Source: Styela clava (Eukaryota). Taken from it: a stretch of 64,000 bases of DNA. Below the pieces are notes generated by a model. The model was given only the letters and a program-made list of their open reading frames with translations. It had not been told where the DNA came from and did no database searches. Both the position numbers and the translations under genes were made by a program. The first letter of the stretch is position 1; each line of letters opens with the position of its first letter. The stretch covers positions 21,638,001-21,702,000 of the forward strand of contig NC_135255.1 of assembly GCF_964204865.1 (NCBI RefSeq), given 5' to 3'. Of the stretch, positions 47,523-61,334 are shown one piece after another.

Positions 47523-50343
47523 CTGAGAATGGACAGAATCGCACAACTTGTAAATCCATTACTGAATGGCATAATATCAGCGGGACGGGACATTCAAAGT
47601 TGAATATTCTACAAATTTGTAAAATTTGCTGAAAGCAAGGTCTCCAAGAAATGGAGGAGACTCTTCTCTGATGAACTAACTGGGCCAGCTAATTTGAATA
47701 TTTTACGAATTTGCGCTAAGTGAGGTCATTCAGAAATTAAGGAGACCGATCTTGGTACCAATTTACAGACAAAGGTGCTCCAGTAGTATGTGCACCAAGA
47801 AGACCTGAACTTAGTATGTGTACCAGGTTAGGGTTATCAGGTTGTGCGCCATGTTGGTGCACATACTACGGGAGCGCCAAGACAAAACTATTGTGTTGTC
47901 AAATTTGAATATTTAACGCTTTTTTTCTTAAATAAATTGGCTCAAAGTTAGGTCACTCAGAAATTAAGGAGACTTATCTTTGTATGAAGTTCTACTAATG
48001 TGGACAAATCTGAATATTTAACATTTTTATTTTCAATTTGTTCAAAGCAATGTCACTGATAAATAGAAGAGACTCCTTTCTGAGCGAAGTTACACTCGAC
48101 CACTAACTGGGCAAATTTGAATATTTTAAAAATCTTCAGGTTATGCAGAAATTAATGAGACATATTTCTGTAAGGAGTTAAACGATTTTATGACTGAATG
48201 CAGCTGGGCTTTTTGCTGATTTAATATGCCAGAGGATTGCTGGACTCCTCGCCGTCGTAGGGTGGTTCACGTAATTGCTTGCGGAATAATTGCCAAGTTG
48301 GAATAGCTAATTTGGGAGAATTTGAATATTTCAAGACTCTTTTTCTAAGTATTTTTGCTCAAAGATTGGTAACACTACATTCAAGGAGACTAATTTCGGA
48401 GTGAAGCCGCAGACGCTGGTTTGGAGTTTGGTACTCCCGTAGTATGTGTCCCAGGTTAGGGAATAATTTTATTCCGATTTTCCCCATTTTAGTTTTATTA
48501 CGAGTTTGCGGACTGTCTTTTTTAGCCAAGTGAATATCCATCCCCCTGCCCATAGATTTCAGTCCCTTTACACAACTTGATGTAAAGTAGGCGAACAAAA
48601 TCAGTTACCTCCATATTGGTGCAAATACTCCTGAAGCGCCGGGAGTTGGTTACAAATAATAATATATAATTACATGCGTTTTTATTTTTAGGACATTAAT
48701 AATTTGTACAGTTAAGCGTTGTTTGGTGGTTAGGGATGAGGGCTGGTATATATTTATATATGATATTATTTGACGCTCCCGTAGTATGTGCATTAAGATG
48801 GCGCACAACCTGACAACCCTAACCTGGTACACGTACTATGTTCAGGTGGTGCGCCATCTTGGTACACATACTACGGGAGCAACGACTATTTTTACCAAAC
48901 TCCCAAGTCGTCTGAAAATCATAACTCAATCCATCATGTGCCCACTAGTGCTCAGAAAAGTCAAAGTCTCTAAATCGTATCCCCCCATCAAGATCCATAT
49001 TAAATAAATTGACATATCTATCTATATTTGTTTTAAAATAATACTGTTTTCATTTTTATCTGTTTACATTAAATAAAGAAATCTTGTATAAGACGCATTG
49101 CTTTACAATAGAATCTGTGACATAGGCCGTTTGCTTTGTGTGGGAGAAAAATGATTCACATATTTATCCTGGAGGAAGGAAAGTAAGATTAATCACATGG
49201 CGAACCACGGCTGATTACCCGTCCAAGTCGGAAATGGGATTGATAGCCAGTTATTTAGTCGGGATCCCTTGGCCTCCCGAAGGAGACTAAACCTCGCTCG
49301 CTCGTCCTGTTCTTTTCATTGTTTCAACCAGGTTACATGAATCAGCTACCCTTTGACGACGAGTAGTCCAACAATATTCTCTTTTGCACACAACTATCGC
49401 TACGGGATTCGTACTTGCCCTGTATGATTGATGGGTACAAAGACTAGCTCTTTTTTAACGCTTATCACGATATGCTAATCCCCGATAAATTGATATCTCT
49501 GGTAAGTTTTCTTCGTATTAGTCATTTTCTTCTATTGATCATCAAGAAAGTTATGCAGGGTGTCCATAAGGTCCCTTTACAATTTCAATCTTGTTATTAA
49601 GTCAGTTCTCGATATATCTCAACAGGTTTGTTGTTTTTAATCAGTAATTGTTTTAGTATTTTTACTTCATTAATACATCCATGAGGGCCAATACAATATA
49701 TGGTATCGATAAATTACTGTTGCAATTTTAAATTTTTTTAAGACTTCATGGACACCCTATAATCTTATATAATAATAAATGCATAAATAACTCGCAAGTT
49801 TTTCATAAAAAAATCTTATATTTCAATTTCTGGAGTAGTTAAAAGTTCAAGTCAAAAAAAAAACAGTAAGAAAAAGAAAATATTTGAAAGACTTATCTTC
49901 TAGTTGAAAGTCAATCTCAAACTTCCTTATAAAATTAGTACACAAAAACCAGCAATTCTTCACGATTTCCTGATAGTTTGTTAGCTGCAAACAAGGCTTT
50001 TGGACCTGGTGGCAGGTTTTTGGACCTGGTGACAAAAATGTTGTGCGTGCCCTAGACTGGCGAGCCTTGTGAGTGTGACGTAAAAAGTTTCATTTTGTGA
50101 ACAATATTTACAGTGTTACAAAAGTAGGAAACAATTAGCTTCGTGCTAAAACTAAGTTTAATCGCAATCTCAATTCCTTAAGCTATTTTTCAGCTAAAAC
50201 CTCAATATTTGGTTGTGGCAGCATCAGGCGGGCCAGATTGAATTTCCCAACGGGGTCGGATTTGGCCCGCGGGCCGTAATTTGCCCATGTCAACTCAAGA
50301 TTTTCTCATAGACCTAGGGATGGGCATCAGATACACGCAGGAC

Positions 50344-50942
50344 TAGGGTTGCCATTTTTTTGGACTTCAAAGCGGGACGCCTCCTGTAACTTTACAGTTC
50401 CCGATTTTATCACATTGGCCTACATTTAAGCCATCCCGGCTGTCTTCATTGATCATAGTGTCATCGAGAGTTCATGCGCATATTCTATGTCCAAATATCG
50501 AGTTTAGTTCGAAAAACAGAAAGAAATAGCCGCTAACGATACAAATGATCCGAATTTAGATTTTTTTATGTACAGCATAAAGAATAATGAAATAGTCTGC
50601 CGTTTTCAAGCATAAAGAATTTACTTATTCACCAAAGCATGCTTCTCTGTAGATAACACCTTTAAAAAAAGTTGTTCAATGTTACATACACGCGAACGTC
50701 CGAACAGGACCAATTAGAATTGATTTTACATGTGATGTGTTCGCTAACAATGTTAGCGGGAAACAACGAAACAAACAAAATACCGCGTTCACCTTCAGTA
50801 AGTAGACTAGCGTTGCGCTAAACAGCAACAACAATAACGAGAACATGTTTGTGTATTATGCTGGATGGTTAAATGTAAAATCGGGACTTTTGGCTGACTT
50901 GTCGGGACAAGACTCTAAAAAGCGGGACGTATGGTAAGCCTA
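50344..50942. mobile_element. hAT (Tip100-like, TAGGGTT termini) MITE; second copy at 61335-61819
   Basis: TAGGGTTGCCA...TGGTAAGCCTA with TSD CGCAGGAC/CGCAGGCC and repeated CGGGAC motifs. Confidence 0.8.
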
Positions 50943-51346
50943 CGCAGGCCACAGCAGAATCGAACTAGCTTCATTTTACGACCTTGAGAAAAATCGCACA
51001 TTTCTAACAGCCGATAACCCTTTAATTTAATAGGACGTTATCATTTCATGCCATAGTCAATTATGATGTCTGCTCTTTGATCAAATATGACTTCATTCTT
51101 TCATCGAATAGTGAAATATGACGTCAATAATTCGCCAAATATGACGTCATTATTCCGTTTAATAGTCAAACACGACGCCTATAGTTGATCAAATATGACG
51201 TCATTATTCTGTTTGATGGTCAAATATGACGTCATAATTTTGTACAGTAGTTCCATATGAAGTAAATAAGCCGAACAAAGACATTATTATTTCGTCTAAC
51301 GGTTGAATATGACGTCAATAATTGGCCAATTACGACGACATGATGC

Positions 51347-54300
51347 CTATGCCATGTCTACGTAAATGTCATCAGTTTTCGCTTGCTCGTAAATCGCATC
51401 TCCCTGCTGCATTGTGTTCTGGTATAATGCTTCTGGCACTGTGTCTTCGTTTTCCACGGTTTGGTATTCGTCAGGTCCAGGCGATTGCAGATTTTCGTAA
51501 GTCGAATCTCTTTCCTGTTGGTTAGTCGACTGGAGGTTTTTTTCCGCCGTTTTAGCTATCGGTGATTGGATAGCAATAGGACTCGTTGGCCCTGATTGGC
51601 CAGTTTCCTTTGTAAGGTCAATGTAAAGATCGTCGTCATTGGTTGGATGAACGGAAAAGTTCACGTACTGGGGTTCAGACGTAACCGTACCGTTCTTTGC
51701 TTCCGTGTTCTGATAGGTTGCATTACCGGAAGCATCTATATTTTCACCCTTCTTTGACCCCTTTCCATCTTTTTTGCCATCGTTTGACGTGGACGACGTT
51801 GATTGGGTCTTTGCCGAATATCTTGTTCCTGATTGGCTGCTACCTCTCTCATTTTTGATCTCATCGACTCGCACGTTCTTAGGAGTAACTCTAGCTTGGA
51901 ATGCCTTCTGTGCCTCGTCCTGCGCCTTCTTACGGGACCTCAATCTGTAAGACAAAAAGCAGTGATTACCCTACACTACATCCTCTATGGTAGGGATGGA
52001 CAAATTACGGCCCGCGAGCGCTATTTCACGTAGAAACGCTACTGCCGATTTAAAGATATAACCTCGACATGGGCAAACTACAGCCCGCGGGCCAAATTCG
52101 GCCCGCTGGGTAATTCAATCTGGCCCGCCTGATGCTGCCACAACCAAACTAAAACCAAATTTCGATGTTTTAGTTAAAAAAATAGCTCAAGGAATTTGTT
52201 GGGATTGCGATTAAATTTAGTTTTGGCACGAGGCTTATTGTTTTACACTATTGCTTTTGTAACACTATTGTTTGTGAATATTGTTCAAAAAATGATACTT
52301 TTTACGGCACGCTCACATGGCCCGCCTGTATAGGTGGTCAAACTTTTCGACCCCTGGTACAGATACCCTGCCCACCCCAGATATAACCACTGAACAAACC
52401 ATCGTACCTACTAATTCAATCAGCCCTGTACAGAAGTGATAGCGTCTAGGGCAGTGATTCTCAAACTGGGGTTTGAGAGCCGCATGCGGCTTATTGACTT
52501 GAAATTAAAATGCGGAAGTCTATAAGTTAGTCGAATGGATTCTCCCGTGTTTATTTGCGTAGCGTTGACTATTCTACAAGATGCAATAGTGACGCAACAG
52601 TAAGCGTTTTCGCGACCACTCAGACACTTTTCACTTGGAAAGATTTTAGACATGGCTTGCTTTCGTGGATTTTCAGTTTTTGTCGCATTTCCGAATATTA
52701 TGTATAAATCAAACAACTCAATGATTATTTTATTTCTAGAGCATTTTAATTTTATTCCAATAATCGAAAATAGTCTTGGAATATCTGGCGATCAGCTCAA
52801 GCAGCTACTGCACCTTGCATCCTCCACGATTTCGACCCGCTTTGACAAACTTATTAAAAATCAAAGTCAAATTAAATGGCTGTTAGTCTAAGGTGGGCAA
52901 AATCAAATCTTTTTTCGAATCGAACGATTTGAATATTTTTAACGAATACCGAATAGTCGAATAATGAATATTTTTTATACATAACAAGGATCCAGAACGT
53001 TGGAGGTCGATACTCCATTTGGAAAATAATAGAAACATTGAAGAGTCAGCAATAAAGCGTTTTTTTACTGGTTAATTTCATCACAATCGCTAATTGTGTT
53101 TGTCACCGCGATCTTCGGCGGCGATATCCTAAAGTTGGTTTTGTATATTCCCGCCCTTTCTCGTTTTTTGCAAGAATAAGGGGTCACCGGATATCGAAGT
53201 TCCATATTTCTAGTATACCCTTGCGTTCACATCAGTGACAGCTGTTGAATACCTAGCAAATTCACGATTGCTTGAATCCTGAATGTTGATTTAAAATGGA
53301 GATTAAATAAATTGGCAATAAAGGCATTTTTAGGCCTTTGTGCCTAATAGAGGGTCAGACGCTGGTTATAATTCTGAACTATTTCCTTCAAGTTTTTTAA
53401 CGTTTTTTTTTTCAACAAAACAACACCCCGATGGTTCAAAATGCTTGAAAATTTAACAATTGTGATCATTTTCGATGGTAATAGACGCAACACTTCGTGA
53501 ACGAGCCAGTGTGCATTGTTACAACGAAATTGATTGATTTTACGCTCTACTCTTGGCTCAACGGCCATGCATGGTCGAGTAAAATGTTTCATATTCGAAA
53601 CATTACTTGGCCAAGAATGGAAGGGATCACTAAAGAGCTAATACAAAGTGCTTTAAAGGGGGTAAGACATGACATTTCTCATCTGGTTACAACTTAATGA
53701 GTGTTTTTCATAAAAGTAACTCATACCAGCTTTTGGAAAAACTTTTGGTCATTTTTAAATCCATGCTATTTATATAACTAAACGAGTTTTCTAACGACCT
53801 AAAATAGTCTTTTTCACAATGAAACGCCGAAAAGTCATTTTAACATTTATTTTTATCAACTTTATGTTCGGTAATGCAAGAAATGGCTAATGACATGTCA
53901 CCAAGCATGCGGAGTTTAAAATCTGGGAAATTTATTTCAAATACCTAGTCTGGTGCGGTGTAATCTGATATGGAATTGAAACGATACGTTAAGTGCAAAG
54001 ATAAGCATATAACACCATAACGCAAAGACAACGACTTTTCGAATTTGTCTTTTTTTTATAGAGAGCGCACAATTCACGATTAAGTTGGAGACGTGCGAGT
54101 TCGGTGTCCAAGCAGAGCGGTGCAGGTCACGTGGTACCGGATATTCGAATAGTAAAATGCCATTCAAATATTTTATTATTCGCCCTAGTTGTTACGTGTG
54201 TTGTTGTTACGATGACTTGGTATTTTAAATACGCGCTTAATGGTTTGTTGCTATTTTACCTTGCGTTGTTTGTATGCGGCTCTCCATAACTTTGAGATTT

Positions 54301-57300
54301 GAAATGCGGCTCTGGGACTAAAAAAGTTTGAGAACCACTGGTCTAGGGTATCGCTCAGGAAGAGAATGTGCGAAGTACTTAAAGACAGATAAATAGTTCA
54401 CTCACCCCCTTCTGTACGTCACAAAGCAGACTAGCAAGATAATGCCAACACAGAAAACGACAGACAACACTATTGCCAGAATCAGATAATTAAAATTTTG
54501 TGGTGTCTCGGTTGTCTCAGGAACAGAGGCTGAAAAAGTCAAATTAATATTATTTCAGTCTGTCATGTATTTGAATAGATTTAGCACAGGCATGGGCGAA
54601 GTACGGCCCGCGGGCCAAATTCGGCCCGTTGGGTAATTCAATCTGGCCCGCCTGATGCTGCCACAAACAAACTGAAATCAAATGTTGATGTTTAATTTAA
54701 AAATAGCTCAAGGAATTTGTTGAGATTGCGGTTAAATTTTGTTTTGGCACGAGGTATATTGTTTTCCACCTTTGCTTTGTAACACTGTAAATATTGTTCG
54801 AAAAATGTAACTTTTTACTTCACACTTACATGGCCCGCCAATCTAAGTGGGCAAAAATTTTGGCCCGCCAGTCTAGGTGGGCAAAATTTTTGACCCCTGG
54901 TTCAAAAAGCTTGCCCACCCCCGATGTAGCAGAATCGTGACTGTTTTTTGTTGTTGGTGATAGTCGGAATCAATATTAAAACTCGCCGGATCCGGAGCTA
55001 AAGTTCTGAATTCTCGGAATAAACGTCCGGAATTACAGACTTCAAATAGTATAGAATCCGACGTAAAATTATCCGAATAACACCTGCACACATTATACTT
55101 TTCGTAGTCAAATTTTTGTGTCGGTTCGTTTTTTTCGGACGAAATAATGAATCAATTGTTGATCTCGAACCTAATGATGAGGTCATAAATAGTCTACTAT
55201 TGACGTCACAAAGAAATAAAGACGCAGTGTGACGTCATATTCAGTGAGAAATGGTTTGTTGAGAATACTTCTTGTTTTGGGGTTGAAACCAAGCGAATGT
55301 ACAAGGTAACTTGAGCTTACCAAAGCGCCAAAAGATTTTTTACTAAAAAAACTAGATCCGTACCTACATAAGTGAACAAACTTAAAACTAGATTTTCGAG
55401 AACAAATTCATTTTCATCAAAACACTGCGACAATGTGGTTCATATCTTCATTCTCCTCTTCATATTCGTAGAACCACTTAAAGGTCAGTCGGATACATAC
55501 CACATTTGTATAAGTATAATAGTTTATATAATAGGAAATATCTTCAACCTCTTAGATTGGGAATCCCCCTCCATTCTAAAAGTCGGGGAACATACAAGCA
55601 GGGGTAGTGGCTAACACAAAATGTCTTGTTCTGAATAATACAATCCATTTCGCTTACCTAAAGTCGTTGTATTGGGTGCTATTTCCGTGAAGTTCTTAAG
55701 CAATTCCGTCGTCTTCGTGATTCCAGTCGTTGTGAAAGCGGAAGTCGCATTATTGTTGATATTTTCTGTAAATAAAAAAGTTGCCGTTAGAAATACGCTC
55801 GCCATTGCTCGACTGATTTTAGTTTGATATAGTAGGTGGTCGTCCACGGCTTCCTCTTCTATCAATGTTAATGAGTATGTACTGTTTTGTCAGCATAAGA
55901 ACATGCTAATGTGGGAATAAATGAATATTTGATTCAGTTCTTTTGTGGTTACAACTGTCGTGATTACTAATAACCGTAGAATATTACACGACAGACTTGA
56001 GGTTAGAAAAGAAAGATAATTTTTCCATTAAATATAATTCCTGAATCCAAAAAAATACCCAAATAATATAGATCAACATTGCGAAACTCAAAGGAGTGCG
56101 TTTGGCAAATGACTTACGTCAGAAAATTTTTGTCAGCAGGTTCAGCCACACAAGGGATTTTACAAGCAGATAGTCTGCTATTAATTGTACTTGTTCGAAT
56201 CCGGTATAGGATAGTTATGTGAGAGGACTGCAAATTAACTGCCCACGTAACAAACATAATTCCGTGGTTTCAGAAGCTTTTTCAACAGACACCGCTAACT
56301 TTTCTCGGAGATTAGTCTCGTGTACTTCAGAGCGCGTTCGTTTGGCGTAAATTTTTTGAGTAACTCTCAACATTCAAAGATTGCCAGTAACTTTGCTCAG
56401 AGACGAGCAACTATACTTTTGAGTGAATTTTCGTGATCTGGCTTTGAGTAACTTCTTTGAGTAGCTCTCGACATGCCAGTAATAACCCGTAACTTTGCTT
56501 AGAAATGAGCATTTTTACTTCCTCGGAACGAGTTTTAGTGGTTATTATAACTTTGCTCGGAGATGAGTCACTTTTACTCCTTAGTATACTCGAGGGATCA
56601 TCATAATTCAGTACATCTTCAATGGGCCACGAGTAAATTATTTCAGAAGGTATTGGCATTTCAGTGGTTACCAGCTATGATAAAGGACATAGATTACCGT
56701 CATTATTTATTTTGTAACTTGCAGGAATAAACAATATAAAACAATAAAATAAAAATCATATACAAGTTAATAAGATATATTAAAACAATCTTCATGTGTT
56801 TTTCAATTAATGTTTTTGTAACATTGACCCAAACAATGTTAATAAAATTGTTATTTCTTTGGCTATTTGAGCCGGACCAAAGAGAAATTAAAAAGAATAA
56901 ACTTGCAAACACATAAAAGTAGGCGACTTTTTAAAAACGGAACAATATTTAACACTGTACTATAACTATCGGACAAAACGACGTTGGGAAGAATCAAGGA
57001 CAATTAGCATCTTTTCTAAAGGCTAAAAAAGACAAGGACCGAAAAGCTGAATTTATTGATTGTCCTTTGAAATAAAAGACGGTTGGCAATCCTAGTGGTT
57101 ACTAATAACTTTGCACGGAGATGAGTCATCTTGACTTATGAGCGAGTGCTCGTGACCTCTTTTCAAATTTTCATAAACACAAAATCGAGCTGTCACTCAC
57201 GCTCGACTAAATTGTGATCTAACAATAATGACTCACTTTGCAGTTTCGTTGTAGTAGTCGTCGTCTTAATGCTAGTTGTCTCGGCAACCGTGGTTGACGT

Positions 57301-57330
57301 GGTGATAAATGACGTCATTTCCGGTTTCCA
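51347..57330 (-). CDS. Partial gene (3' exons) for a single-pass membrane protein with a Thr-rich stalk, TM helix and Tyr-motif-rich cytoplasmic tail
   Basis: Minus-strand exons 57330-57237 (WKPEMTSFITTSTTVAETTSIKTTTTTTKLQ), 55765-55658, 54529-54406 (TM: YLILAIVLSVVFCVGIILLVCFVTY-RR) and 51944-51347 have GT-AG borders and matching phases (1,1,2). Upstream exons were not confidently found. Confidence 0.8.
52452..54340. mobile_element. hAT element, probably with a further element nested at ~52889-54188
   Basis: CAGTGATTCTCAAACT/AGTTTGAGAACCACTG with perfect TSD GTCTAGGG. Confidence 0.8.
54586..54925. mobile_element. hAT MITE family (CATGGGCAAA..CGGCCCGCGGGCCAAA); other copies at ~23776-24055, 49990-50290(-) and 52068-52380
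   Basis: Shared sequence caatctggcccgcctgatgctgccacaa...ttttggcacgagg in all four copies. Confidence 0.8.
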
Positions 57331-57889
57331 CTTGTTGAAATTAAATACTGATATTCAGATTATTAATAAAATGTTTTTTTTTTCAAATTCGTAATAGCTC
57401 AACTGGAAATAATAATAAAATTATGATGAATTTTCGTATATACGCTCCGTACAATCCCTTAAAAATACACGTTAGTAAGGTCGCTCATGTGAGTAGCTGC
57501 TGTTTTGAATTCCAACTTAGTTCGTGGACGACATATCATAGTCATCAATGCGTTGGTATTATCTATACAGTATCAGGGATTTTCAAACTGGGGGTCGCGA
57601 CCCCGCAAGAGATCTCGCAACGAATTTTAGCGGTCGCAAAGAGTACACCAATTTTACACAAAGTGCTATATTTATCGTACCTTTTCAGATTTTTGATTCG
57701 GAATACAATTATTAAAACTAATGCAAAACATAAATCTCACGATTTGGAGAGAATACATAGTATCTGAGAAGTGGCGCGCTAGCATAACAATGTTAACCTA
57801 ACAGGGAGCGCGGGCTTAAAAGGTTGGGAAGCCATGCGCCCCTGAACTGTATTCTTCTTGGTTTCTGCCGAAAACACAGTAGCTCTCAT

Positions 57890-58310
57890 CACATCAGTAG
57901 TTTACTGATAAAAGAGTTCTTCAACAAAAGTGGAAGGAATATTGATAGGAGCTTTGCAAGATTCAGAGCTTTCGACAAAAAGTGGAGGGAATATGGATAG
58001 AAGAGTGGCAAGTTTGCTCAGAGCAATGTCCCGCGCCCTCAACTAAAATTGTAAAGAGTAGTGATAAAAGAGTTACAAGATTGCTCAAAGCAAGGTTTCA
58101 AGCCTTCAACTAAAAGTAGAAAGAGTACTGATAAAATAGTTCCAAATTTGCTCAGAACAAATCCCGAGTCTTCAACTAAACGTGAAAAGAATGCTGATAG
58201 ATAAAGTGCTGAACGTTTGCTCAACGTATGGCCGCGATCTCAACTAAATTGGAAAGAGTACTGCTGGAAGAGTTGTAAGTTCGCCAAAGGCAAAGCCTCA
58301 ACTGAAGCTT
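57890..58310. repeat. Degenerate ~60-65 bp tandem repeat, about 6 copies
   Basis: Recurring TCAACTAAAAGTGGAAAGAGTACTGATA..AGAGTT.CAAGTTTGCTCA unit. Confidence 0.75.
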
Positions 58311-61300
58311 TAAAATGTTTTTTTTTTTTTGAGTGAAATCCAACCTTATACGCTTACCTATCCTGAACATTAGTTTACCAAATACGCAAAACACTCCTTA
58401 TCTTACATATTAACCTGTTGGGTGTCTAATCGCGAGCATAGCTATTAAGTACTCTACCTCCCAATACGTGTCCTCGCGCACTATTACAATGTAACAGTCT
58501 TCCGTTTGAACTATGGACTTTTTGCGCTGTTGCTTAGAATCTTAGATCATACAGCAGACTCACTTTCGAACGGTGACACATTAAAAATATATTTCGGAGA
58601 TTTGTGCGTCACTAAATGATGTCGCCATATGATATCAGTGACGTAATATTGTTATTAGAAAGCCTGATATGTTATTTCCAGGTCATACCTGTGATTTTAA
58701 CTTCTTGGGGTTGGAGTCAAAATTTTTAATTTTCAAGAGTCGGAATCAGGACTGAGAAACTAGCAAAGCAAGCATACTTTGACAAAATAACGTTCAAAAG
58801 GGCCAGCATTCGATTTCATAAGTGTTCGTGACCAAACTTTGAGTTTCTCATAGCTGGGTTGGCATTAAAATGTTTCTAACTACATTTAACAATCAACGTT
58901 TCTGTCAAATGGGAGATGGAGGCGGTGTTCGAAATGTAGATGTAAATTTCCCAAACCGTACAGCCGTGGCAATAGTACATTGATATAATCTCAGTAACCA
59001 GATCCTATGCGCATAATTTAATATTCATTTTTCCGTAGTATGTGCACCAAGTTGGCGGATACCGGAGCGTAGTATGTTTACCAGGTTAGGGTTAGGCTAT
59101 AATTTCAGGTACAAATACTACGGGTGTCACTTGGATAGTCCCCGAACTCGTAATAGAACTAAAATATGGAAAATTAAAATATAGTCTAACCCCTAACCTG
59201 GTACACATACCAAGGAGGTACCTAATTTTCTATGTTCCTCATATTGCAATGGTTCCCAAAGTTAATTGACCGGTGCCACAATTAGAAGCGGAGGGATACT
59301 CGCGGCCGGGAAAGGAAGCACTTGCAAGGAGCCGATAGTGGTTTGTATAATTAAGATACCGGTATAATGGAATTGTTACGCATATACAAGAGCTGAAACT
59401 GTGATAATGACGTAACAATTTGCGGTCTAGAACGAAAAAATATAAAAACATAAAGTGTAAAACAATTTCACTCGAGTTTGGCGGGTCACATTAAATTGTT
59501 ACGCGGGTCGTAACTTTGGAATCACTAATATAGTGTAATATTTTTTTTAAGTACGCAGTCTTTAATTGGGCAACGAGTTTCCGTGTTATCAGATTACGTA
59601 ACGATCAAAAATATCATGCGCCAGTGTGTCATACGAGCTTTTAAACTCTTCTTGAAACTACTGCTCTCTAGAATGTAGAAATAAAATTAGTAATAAAGCT
59701 GGCCGGTTTCCGATTAATGATTTACTTTAAACGAATACCATTTTACTACTAGTAGTCATTCTGGGACACGTAGCCAACTGCCCGCAGAGTTGACCTTAAC
59801 TATTGCTGGGTTATGCGAAGCTCATTCTGGGTAGAATTAAGGGATCTTTTGTGTAAAATCCCCGCAAATGCACTAATACAAAATGGTGAGATTCAAGAAA
59901 AACACCCCTCCACGTTTTAAAATAACAAATTGGTAATTAACCAGTTAGATTTAGGGTTCGGTTCGAAATAATTTGAATTTCTATCGCAATCTGCATTCCC
60001 AACCGTAACTGGATAGTTATTAAGTTTCTTATTACTTATCGATCTTAAGATCGGTAAGTATGTTGATAGGTATTTGTCTGTTTGTTTGCTAGATACACGC
60101 GATATCTCACGAAAGCGAGGATGAATCCGCTCCAAATTTATCGTTTCAAGTGTTGGCGAGAATGTTTTTTTGGCTGGGCGACTTTGTACAAAAGATCCGA
60201 GATAAGGATAACAACTAAAAATATATTATAACCCTATAAGTAACAAATCATGAATAAAGCAACTTTACTTTACGAGTCTTGCGTATATAGAGTAACCACA
60301 CTGCTTCATACATGATTATAACTTATAATGGTGAATTCAATTATTCGCACCTAGACTCAGCGAAGGCCTACGGAAGCGGGCCCTAACTACCCACATCGAT
60401 ATCATAGGCTGGTAAAAGCGAGTAGAGGATAAATTAGTGGGTGTCGATAGCTTTTGATTTGACTACATTGGTCTCCCAGTTAAAATGTTACGTTAGCCTA
60501 ACGACAAAGGTTCTGATTTTTCAAATACAATATGTTCTACATAATAATTTCTGGTTATTATTGTGAAAGTTTGAAAAAGTCGGGATGCAAAATAAATTCA
60601 TAGGCGTAATAATGGTATAGAATAAAAGCAAAAGAGACCTTTTTAAATTATCAAAACAATTTTTTTTTCAAATATTCACTTTGTAGTTATTTATTAGGTA
60701 TTTACAAATTTCATAGTCAACTAGAAAATAAATAATTTGTTAACGGTCAGGGGAGAAACAATATTAATACTGCGCATGTTGGGGCTTATTCAGAGTGGAA
60801 CTTCAATAAAGCCACATAAAAGAAACCAATAGAACACTCTCTACCTACAGTGGTTTCGAGTTTTTTTGGTACATTCTCATTACCTCGCAAAGCATAGGAA
60901 TTGTGAATATTGCTTACCGTTCTAATGTATCACCAGCGCAATTCATACATTCCGGCTTAGGTACAGTTTAAATAGATTAAAGATGCGACGGATGGCAAAC
61001 GTTAACCCAACTACTAACCATGTATTTATTATACTCGAGATATGGAGTCCATTAATTAATACAATTTACCAATGCGCACGGGTCTAAAGCCCTGTTACTA
61101 TTTCGGTCGAATGTGAGAATACTTGACTAGTAAATCGTTCGGATCTTTTATACAAAGCTCGCGCCACGTTTCGAAATAATAAATTAATAATTATCAAGGT
61201 CGGTTTACGGTTAAGAATGATTTGAAAATATGAATTTTCAGCGCAATCTGCATTGCTAACCTTGAACTGCATAATTATTTACTAAATTTCTTATTTTGAG

Positions 61301-61334
61301 CGTTGGCGGGGGCTTTGTCAACATCCAACATAAC

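Noticed and set aside
56118-56227. Additional exon of the minus-strand receptor
   Set aside because: It has AG/GT borders, but its open frame (phase 0 in, phase 2 out) is incompatible with the flanking phase-1 junction.
58350-61000. Further 5' exons of the receptor (donor-like sites near 58355, 58560 and 60915)
   Set aside because: I could not build a consistent open, in-phase chain with good acceptors by eye.
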